Assembly: GCA_963674595.2 (NCBI GenBank)
Contig: CAXXFV010000016.1
Location: 224,001-288,000, forward strand
Length of the DNA stretch: 64,000 bases
Source of the DNA: a bacterium
Lineage (GTDB): Bacteria; Zhuqueibacterota; Zhuqueibacteria; Residuimicrobiales; Krinioviventaceae
Direction of reading: 5' to 3'
Shown: piece by piece, positions 57,345 to 64,000 of the stretch
Layout: each line of letters opens with the position of its first letter
Numbering within the stretch: the first letter of the stretch is position 1
Program-made: the position numbers and the translations under genes
Notes under the pieces: generated by a model
Database searches by the model: none
Told to the model about the DNA's origin: nothing
Seen by the model: only the letters and a program-made list of their open reading frames with translations

Positions 57345-58742
57345 ATGATTGAAAAATTGAAAATACTTATAATTGAAGATGAAGAATATAACAGGACATT
57401 TTATCAGCAAATTTTGTCCGAAAGATGGGAAACGGTGGATGTGGCATCGACTCTTGCGGAAGGTGATATAAAAAGTAAACAGTTAAAACCGGACCTGGTG
57501 CTGCTGGATTTAAAGTTTGATCGTGATGAAAGTCGTGAAGGCCTTGAGTTTTTACAAAAATTAAAACGCGAGTGTCCTGATATTGAAGTAATTGTTATCA
57601 GCGGGTCGCGCCGGGATTCCACAAAAATAGAAGCTGTCATAAAATATGGTGCTTATGATTATCTGGAAAAACCGGTCCGGCGGGATGTTTTGCTGATGGT
57701 AGTGCATCGGGTTATGGAACGAATCCGGTTAAATGGTGAAAATATAAGACTGAAACAAAATCTGGCTCGTGCCAGAAAATTTGAAGGTTTTTTTGGTATG
57801 CTCGGACATTCGTCCCCAATGAAAGCTGTTTTTGAGAAAATAAAAAAGATTGCCCGTTACGACAATACCGTGTTAATTACAGGAGATACAGGAACAGGTA
57901 AAGAACTTGTGGCACGGGCAATCCACAAGTTAAGCGGTCGTTCGCCTTTAATTGCTATAGATTTAGGGACAATTTCCGAAGAACTGGCAGGAAGTGAACT
58001 TTTTGGACACGAAAAAGGTGCTTTTACAGGGGCTGTTGCGGAGAGAAAAGGTAAAATAGAAGCTGTTGCTGATGGTACGGTTTTTTTGGATGAAATTGAA
58101 AATATTTCACTGGATGTCCAACAAAAATTATTGCGTTTACTTGAGCAAAAAAGTTATCAGCGGGTGGGCAGCAATATTACAAAAACAACCGAAGCCAGAT
58201 TTCTTGTGGCGACGAATGTTGATTTGAAAGATTATGTTAATAAAGGACATTTTCGGGAAGACTTGTATCATCGTTTAAATGTGGTTAATATTCGTCTGCC
58301 GTCACTTAAGGAAAGGCAGGACGATATTCCACTGTTGGCAAATTATTTTTTGCACATTCATTGTAAAAGTTTGGATATGGATAAATCGTTTATACCGGAA
58401 ACACTAACCCTGTTAAAAGAATACTCCTGGCCGGGGAATGTGCGGGAGCTTAAACATTGTATAGAAGAGGCTTTAATTTTTGGTCTGGATGAACACTATT
58501 TGCTGCCTGAAGATTTCAAGTTTGAACCCAAAAAATCAAAAACAAAAAAAGAGAATGATAAAAGACCTGTGGCTGTAAATACGTTAAAACAGGTTGAAAC
58601 CGAAGCGAAAAAAGACGTTATTTTAAAAGCTTTAAATCAAACAAACGGTGTTATTGCCAAAGCAGCACGAATTCTCGATATAACACCCAGGCACCTGAGA
58701 AGGCTCATGGATGAATATACTATTTCTGACGGGACAAATTAG
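57345..58742 (+). CDS. Sigma54-dependent response regulator (NtrC/Fis family)
   Basis: Receiver IIEDE...LLD; GDTGTGKE; SELFGHEKGAFTGA; FREDLYHRL; WPGNVREL; Fis HTH. Confidence 0.95.
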   Translation: MIEKLKILIIEDEEYNRTFYQQILSERWETVDVASTLAEGDIKSKQLKPDLVLLDLKFDRDESREGLEFLQKLKRECPDIEVIVISGSRRDSTKIEAVIKYGAYDYLEKPVRRDVLLMVVHRVMERIRLNGENIRLKQNLARARKFEGFFGMLGHSSPMKAVFEKIKKIARYDNTVLITGDTGTGKELVARAIHKLSGRSPLIAIDLGTISEELAGSELFGHEKGAFTGAVAERKGKIEAVADGTVFLDEIENISLDVQQKLLRLLEQKSYQRVGSNITKTTEARFLVATNVDLKDYVNKGHFREDLYHRLNVVNIRLPSLKERQDDIPLLANYFLHIHCKSLDMDKSFIPETLTLLKEYSWPGNVRELKHCIEEALIFGLDEHYLLPEDFKFEPKKSKTKKENDKRPVAVNTLKQVETEAKKDVILKALNQTNGVIAKAARILDITPRHLRRLMDEYTISDGTN

Positions 58743-58894
58743 TCTGACATGACAAAAAAGACCGGACATAAATGTCCGCCACCGGGGTTCCTTGACCATA
58801 TTTAAAAATATTTTTATTTTATTTATTATAACTTGTTGTTTTTTATCTATCAAAAAAAAGTGATATTTTTTTCAAGTTTGGTACTCTCCTTGCT
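58732..58894 (+). promoter_or_regulatory. Sigma54 promoter with upstream enhancer sites for tonB
   Basis: TGGTAC-TCTCC-TTGCT at 58879-58894 (GG-N10-GC); palindrome CGGACAT-AA-ATGTCCG at 58763-58778 with degenerate copies at 58732 and 58750; IHF-like TAACTTGTTGTTT between. Confidence 0.78.
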
Positions 58895-59029
58895 ATATGT
58901 ATTGTGAAACGGCCTTGGGCTTTTGAAGCACATATATAAAAAATTTTTTCTGGCTTAACAATTGGTTCAAAACAAAAAGACCGTTTCATTTGTACGTTTT
59001 TAACGTCATTAAAAATTTGGAGGGACATT

Positions 59030-59671
59030 ATGATGAAAAATAGAATCGACCAAATCAAGTTGAACTATCAGTCAAATGTCGAACGATCCATGATTTTCGT
59101 TCTTTTATTTTTAACCTTCTTTTTTACCGCGTTTAAACGATCAAGTGTACAGATAGAAACAATTCCTGAATTAGGTTCAAATACGGTTGTCATTGAAATA
59201 CCTCCGACTGTTCAGAAGCCGCGTATTGAACGACCGCAAAGACCGGCAATTTTGATTCCCATTGAAGATGAAGATATGCCGGAAATGGCCACAATTGAAG
59301 ATACAGATATTAATTTAACAGACCTTGGTACGCCGCCGGAACCACCGAATGGAGATGATGTTGTCAGTCATTATTTTGTTGACTATGAGCAGGCACCTCA
59401 AATTGTCGGTGGCGTTAGTGAATTGGCAAAACATATAGAATATCCTGAAATGGCCCGCCGGGCCGGTGTTGAAGGAACAGTAGTTGTTGTGGTTTATTTG
59501 AGTAAAGACGGCAAGGTCGATAAAACAGAAATATTCAAATCTTTGGGTAACAACGGATGTGATCAGGTTGCTGAAAAAGCTGTTCGTTCGGTCAAGTGGA
59601 CACCGGCGTATCAGCGGGACATGCCCGTACCTGTCAGAATCAGCGTGCCGATAAGATTTGCTTTAAAATAA
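59030..59671 (+). CDS. tonB: Energy transducer TonB
   Basis: N-terminal TM, Pro-rich linker, YPEMARRAGVEGTV, WTPAYQRDMPV..IRF. Confidence 0.92.
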   Translation: MMKNRIDQIKLNYQSNVERSMIFVLLFLTFFFTAFKRSSVQIETIPELGSNTVVIEIPPTVQKPRIERPQRPAILIPIEDEDMPEMATIEDTDINLTDLGTPPEPPNGDDVVSHYFVDYEQAPQIVGGVSELAKHIEYPEMARRAGVEGTVVVVVYLSKDGKVDKTEIFKSLGNNGCDQVAEKAVRSVKWTPAYQRDMPVPVRISVPIRFALK

Positions 59672-59702
59672 ATTTGATGCTCTCCTCTTGTATAATGCGA
59701 CG

Positions 59703-59734
59703 AAAAAGGGCCGGTAAAACTACCGGCCTTTTTT
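59703..59734 (+). terminator. Intrinsic terminator
   Basis: GGCCGGTA-AAAC-TACCGGCC followed by T tract, A tract upstream. Confidence 0.85.
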
Positions 59735-59830
59735 ATTTGTGTAACTCCTTTTTTGCCTTTCTACAAGAATCTTACCAGAATAAAGAAATGTTTGTAAGAA
59801 AGTTTAAGAACTTTGCATTACAAGCTCATT

Positions 59831-59901
59831 TGTCGTGCCTATGGAAACAGGTATCCAGAGAAAAGTAAGGATTCTGGACAACCGCTTGCGCCATAATGAC
59901 A
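59831..59901. repeat. Degenerate REP/RPE-like palindromic element
   Basis: TGTCGTGCCT..AGGTATCCAG...CTGGACAACCGCTTGCGCCATAATGACA resembles GTCATnCCn..GGnATCCAG...CTGGATnCC..ATGAC elements. Confidence 0.55.
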
Positions 59902-60040
59902 GGAAGGTTCGAATTTGATTTTCCCCTCTCCCTTGGAAATAAATTAAATATATTTACATATTTTTCTTGCTGAGAACAGAATTGTTTAGTATCATGTATT
60001 TTAAAAATTATATTCAGAGATGATTACAATAAAGGAAAAT

Positions 60041-61108
60041 ATGGATTCGAAACAACGAGTGATGACAGCAATATTACGGCAACAGCCGGACCGGGTTCCT
60101 CTTGATTTTAGCGCGAACAATGATACACTTTGTCGGCTAAAGGCAGATTTACAAATATCGGATTTACGTGGATTGTTAGAGTATTTACATGTCGATATTT
60201 TAGATATTCGGGGTGTGATTGACCCGGTATTTGTCGGGCCGATACCATATGAACATGTTAAAGATGGTATTAAAGAAAATTTCTGGGGAATGCGCACAAA
60301 AAAAATGGATACGGTAACCGGTGTTGAAGACAGTTACTGTGACTTTGTATTAGGCGGTTGTCAGACGGTAAAGGAACTGGAAGAGCATCTTTGGCCCTCC
60401 CCGGACTGGTTTGATTTTAGCCATATGCCTTCGCAGTTAGCGGAATGGAATGATTTTGCTGTTATGGCATCCGGAGCGAGTATCTGGCAGCACGCCTCGT
60501 TTTTGCGCAGTCTGGACAATTTATTAATGGATATGGCCGCCGCACCCGATATGGCCGAATTTATTATGGACAAATTTACCGATTTTTATCTCGGCTATTT
60601 TGATAAAATGTTTAAAGCGGCGGACGGCCGAATTGATATTTTTCGTATTGCTGATGATTTGGGAATGCAGGACCGCCTATTAATCAGTCCGTCTCAGTTT
60701 GATTTTTTTATAGCGCCACGATTGAAAAAACTGGTGGACCTTGCGCACAGTTATGATATCAAAGTTATGTTCCATTCTTGCGGGGCGATAGAGCCTTTAA
60801 TTTCAAAACTGATTGAAACAGGAGTGGATATACTGGATCCCATTCAGGTTAAAGCGGCTGGCATGCAGCCTGATGTTTTAAAAAAATTATATGGTGATCA
60901 AATTTGTTTTCATGGTGCAATTGATACGCAATTTGTATTACCCAAGGGAACACCAGCACTCGTTGCTGAAACAGTGGAAGAAATGATCAATGTCCTGGGA
61001 CGCAATGGCGGGTATATTCTCAGTCCGAGTCATGTTTTACAAACAGATGTCTCTACTGAAAATATCAAATCATTGTATTTGACAGCCAGGGAAAAGGGTG
61101 TTTATTAA
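60041..61108 (+). CDS. Uroporphyrinogen decarboxylase (URO-D/CIMS)-like protein
   Basis: PDRVP, ADDLGMQ, FHSCG, LDPIQ, HGAIDTQ, GGYILSPSH. Confidence 0.85.
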   Translation: MDSKQRVMTAILRQQPDRVPLDFSANNDTLCRLKADLQISDLRGLLEYLHVDILDIRGVIDPVFVGPIPYEHVKDGIKENFWGMRTKKMDTVTGVEDSYCDFVLGGCQTVKELEEHLWPSPDWFDFSHMPSQLAEWNDFAVMASGASIWQHASFLRSLDNLLMDMAAAPDMAEFIMDKFTDFYLGYFDKMFKAADGRIDIFRIADDLGMQDRLLISPSQFDFFIAPRLKKLVDLAHSYDIKVMFHSCGAIEPLISKLIETGVDILDPIQVKAAGMQPDVLKKLYGDQICFHGAIDTQFVLPKGTPALVAETVEEMINVLGRNGGYILSPSHVLQTDVSTENIKSLYLTAREKGVY

Positions 61109-61132
61109 AAGAATGAGTTAATATATCAGGTT

Positions 61133-61801
61133 TTAATTAAATTGTAATCCTATTGTTAACTGAAATTGGTTATATTGCCAAGTGCCCGTCAGGTATGGGG
61201 AAAACTTTTCAAATTTGTAATTTGTCATGCTAAATATATAATTTGCTTCACATAGTAAATAAAATTTTATAATTTTAAATTTTTTGCCGATTCCAAGGTT
61301 TAGGCCCGTTCCAAAGAGAGAGAATTTGTCTGATATTTCAAAATCACCATGATCATTGTAAATATTACTAAAATATTTATATTTAGCTTTTAAAACGAAA
61401 CCAATATCCAAACCCAGGAGAAAATAGGGCAGCCCCATCTTGTTTAAATCAACTTTTAACAAGATGGGTAAACTCAAATAGTTTAATTCTATTTCTTCAT
61501 CCAAAATATCTTCTGGTCCTGTATAAATTGTCCGTGTCAGCATATTCTTTCGAATGCTTATTTCATTAACAACTGAAAATTTATCAGATATAACGGTTTC
61601 ATTAAAAACGCCCGCAGAGTAACCTTGTGAGTAATTGATTTTGGGATAATCACCAGTAGGGATGGAAGCCCCATATTTTTCTTCTCTGAATTTACTATAA
61701 TTAAGTCCGAATTTTACGCCTTGAGAGAATTGATGTGAATAGGCATTTGTTTTCAAGATCAACAATACTAATACTGGAATAATATATCGTCTGGTCTTCA
61801 T
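61133..61801 (-). CDS. Outer-membrane beta-barrel (porin/PorT-like) protein
   Basis: Signal peptide, GVKFGLNYS, LNYLSLPILLK, C-terminal FQLTIGLQFN. Confidence 0.82.
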   Translation of the reverse strand: MKTRRYIIPVLVLLILKTNAYSHQFSQGVKFGLNYSKFREEKYGASIPTGDYPKINYSQGYSAGVFNETVISDKFSVVNEISIRKNMLTRTIYTGPEDILDEEIELNYLSLPILLKVDLNKMGLPYFLLGLDIGFVLKAKYKYFSNIYNDHGDFEISDKFSLFGTGLNLGIGKKFKIIKFYLLCEANYIFSMTNYKFEKFSPYLTGTWQYNQFQLTIGLQFN

Positions 61802-62030
61802 TATTTTTACTCCTTATTCACACATCCATACACCTGTCTGGTTTTTATACATCCTTTACGAGAAAGGTTGTCGTATCGAATTTTTTTGCAACTGATTATT
61901 GTTCCGTACATTCTTTTACCACAACCCCAAACAAAATCCGGTACTTGTTATTACTGATCCGAACTCGAACGGCAACAGAATCGTTTACAGCCCGACATTC
62001 CAATTGACCATTACGTTGCCCAGGATTACC

Positions 62031-62369
62031 CTAAGTTACTTTCATCTCTGGAGTGTCAAAAGGAACAAAAAGGTCAGCAATATGATCACCGAAAATGGCT
62101 GTCATTTCTTCATAATCGCCTGATTTTGTTCTGATTTGTATTAAATATCGATTATTTAAACCTACTGTGCTACTTTGAAGAATGCCAACTTTAAAATTGG
62201 CACCGATTACTATATATTGGGACCATATATAATCCTGGCAGTCTTTATTCTGGATTAAGGATAGCTTTGGATAATTTCCCTTGGAAAACTCTTCGCCAGT
62301 ATAAAGAAAATCCTGCCAGGTTGGTTGGCCGGTACTGCCTGTTAGTGTTTTGTGACAGAATGCGAACAA
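62031..62369 (-). pseudogene. Possible gene fragment truncated by the IS3 element
   Basis: Open frame begins at the IS left end, no recognisable family. Confidence 0.3.
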
Positions 62370-62441
62370 ACTTGACCTTTACCTAATATTGTAGACACAC
62401 CGAAAAGTTCGTATATTGTAACTAACTTTTGGAGGTGTGTA

Positions 62442-62744
62442 ATGAACGAACGAAAACCAAGAAGGACCTTTAGCAAAGAATTCAAAATTAAAACCGTTAA
62501 ATTGATCATTGATGGCCAACGACCATTAAAGGCAGTTTCCAGAGAATTAGATATACAACCAACAGTATTACGCAGTTGGAAACGCCAATATTTTAAAGAC
62601 CAGGAAGAAGCATTTCCTGGAAAAGGATATTTAAAGCCATCTGATCAGGAACTTTATGATCTAAAAAAACGAATCATTGACCTCGAAGAGGAGAATGAAA
62701 TCTTAAAAAAGGCAATGAGCATCTTCTCCAAACGACCGAAATGA
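62442..62744 (+). CDS. IS3 transposase OrfA
   Basis: RRTFSKEFK HTH, LEEENEILKKA; A_AAA_AAG slippery site at 62705-62711. Confidence 0.93.
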   Translation: MNERKPRRTFSKEFKIKTVKLIIDGQRPLKAVSRELDIQPTVLRSWKRQYFKDQEEAFPGKGYLKPSDQELYDLKKRIIDLEEENEILKKAMSIFSKRPK

Positions 62745-63622
62745 AATATGAGTTTATATTTCTTCACCGCTCCAGATTTCGGTTGCTGAAGATGTGTCGA
62801 GCCTTTAAGGTCTCAAGGAGCGGATATTATGCCTGGCGAAGACGCGGTTGTAGTCAGCGTGAACTTGAAAATGAGAGATTGCTTAAGCTCATTAAACAGG
62901 TCCACGAACAAAGTCGATATATTTATGGCAGTCCGCGTATTACAGCCGAGTTAAAGTCAAAGAACCAAAGTTGCAGTAAAAATCGTGTTGCACGCTTGAT
63001 GCGAGAGAATAATATACGTTCAAAAATTAAGAAAAAATATAAAGCTACGACATATTCAAAACATAAATTTCGTGTTGCTGCAAATTTGTTAAAACAAAAC
63101 TTTCATGCTGAACAGCCGGACCAGATTTGGCTTTCTGATATTACTTATATCAAAGTCCGGAATCAGTGGATGTATCTGGTCGCGATTATGGATTTATTTT
63201 CCCGGCAGATTATTAGCTGGTCCTTGAGTCGTGACCTGTCTTTGGACTTTGTACTGAACGCTCTAAAGAAGGCTGTTATCAGTCGTGAACCGGAAAAAGG
63301 TTTAATCTTTCATTCAGATCGAGGTATTCAGTATGCAAGTATTGAAGTTAAAACATTTTTGAAAGAACATGGCATTATTCAAAGTATGAGTCGTAAAGGT
63401 GATTGTTATGACAATGCTGTTATGGAATCGTTTTTTAATACATTCAAATCAGAATTTTATTCTTTTGAGCGATTTGAATCCTTTCACGATGCTGAACAAA
63501 AAATCTTTGACTATATTGACATCTTTTATAATCACAAACGAATTCATTCAAGCTTGAATTATATTTCACCTGTTAACTTTGAAAAACAATTTAATCAAAA
63601 ACGAACTTATCTTTGTGTCTGA
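62741..63622 (+). CDS. IS3 transposase OrfB (DDE)
   Basis: YGSPRI, WLSDITY, HSDRGIQY, DNAVMESFF..K, YNHKRIHSSL. Confidence 0.95.
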   Translation: MKYEFIFLHRSRFRLLKMCRAFKVSRSGYYAWRRRGCSQRELENERLLKLIKQVHEQSRYIYGSPRITAELKSKNQSCSKNRVARLMRENNIRSKIKKKYKATTYSKHKFRVAANLLKQNFHAEQPDQIWLSDITYIKVRNQWMYLVAIMDLFSRQIISWSLSRDLSLDFVLNALKKAVISREPEKGLIFHSDRGIQYASIEVKTFLKEHGIIQSMSRKGDCYDNAVMESFFNTFKSEFYSFERFESFHDAEQKIFDYIDIFYNHKRIHSSLNYISPVNFEKQFNQKRTYLCV

Positions 63623-63974
63623 TTTTTCGGGTAAAGTTCATAGTATGTTTTTTCATCATCAAGCACCTCTGTGAAATGAAAATACAGTATTTAACATAAT
63701 ATCCCGGACCCTTAAAAAAATGAATGAGAAAATAATTAATTAACAGCCCCGGATAAATTATTCCGTTAGACAACCAATTTTTATGTACAATTAGATTATA
63801 AATATGATCATTAAAACTCCCCATAGAGTTGTTATTTGGATAGTTATTGTTTTATAATATTTACATTTTCAGACAAAGTCAAGTATTCTTTACACATCAT
63901 TCCGGAAGGACCTCGCCGGAAGAAAAGAATGTCTATGGGAAAGGGAGTATTTTTTTAACATGAAAGCTCGTGTG

Positions 63975-64000
63975 GTCATGCCTGGGAGACAGGCATCCGG
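63975..64000. repeat. Left arm of a REP/RPE-like element (cut by window end)
   Basis: GTCATGCCTG-GGAGA-CAGGCATCCGG hairpin, similar to 59832 arm. Confidence 0.45.

Larger units (their letters stand above)
62373..63640 (+). mobile_element. IS3-family insertion sequence (1268 bp)
   Basis: TG...CA ends; IRL TGACCTTTACCTAATATTGTAGACACA vs IRR (reverse complement) TGAACTTTACCCGAAAAATCAGACACA; orfA/orfB organisation. Confidence 0.95.

Noticed and set aside
59596-59868. 90-aa ORF after tonB
   Set aside because: Overlaps tonB and crosses its terminator and a repeat; no family features.
63591-63824. 77-aa minus-strand ORF
   Set aside because: AT-rich, crosses the IS right end, no recognisable features.
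1-64000. CRISPR array, rRNA or tRNA genes
   Set aside because: No regularly spaced repeats with unique spacers and no cloverleaf or rRNA signature seen; intergenic gaps are short.

Overview
AT-rich bacterial chromosome segment, most consistent with an FCB-superphylum lineage such as KSB1 or Calditrichaeota (inferred from five secreted proteins with a 'QNYPNPFNP...' T9SS type-A/FlgD-like sorting tail, three TonB-dependent receptors and a Bacteroidetes-like serine palmitoyltransferase). In order it holds: a TBDR followed by a secreted protein with a near-identical 1.2-kb internal duplication; housekeeping genes (GNAT, DUF1848, DUF456, trxA, manC, PTS IIA, zinc ribbon, SPT-like); a ~10-kb cluster of exported proteins (DUF3160, a collapsed OM-protein relic, a lipoprotein, a Cna/carboxypeptidase-regulatory repeat protein, a DUF483-like + 3x Ca/Zn-repeat protein, a beta-propeller lipoprotein); an Rrf2-metY-cysK-metX-metW operon divergent from ilvD-ilvB-leuC-leuD; a znuACB-like metal locus followed by an RGPP uORF, a His-rich lipoprotein and a TBDR; a CRTAC1/FG-GAP protein; URO-D-like/SSS/heparinase genes; a SpoU-MarR fusion; an NADH oxidase-like gene; DUF432-MscS; AraC-TBDR; a sigma54 two-component system upstream of a lone tonB; and a complete IS3-family element. 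I saw no rRNA, tRNA or CRISPR array. Best leads: (1) the RGPP uORF, whose Pro-Pro codons can pair with the downstream Shine-Dalgarno in a long hairpin (candidate metal-sensing translational switch), and (2) the DUF483-internal-signal-Zn-repeat-T9SS protein. All family assignments come from motif recognition by eye, not database searches.
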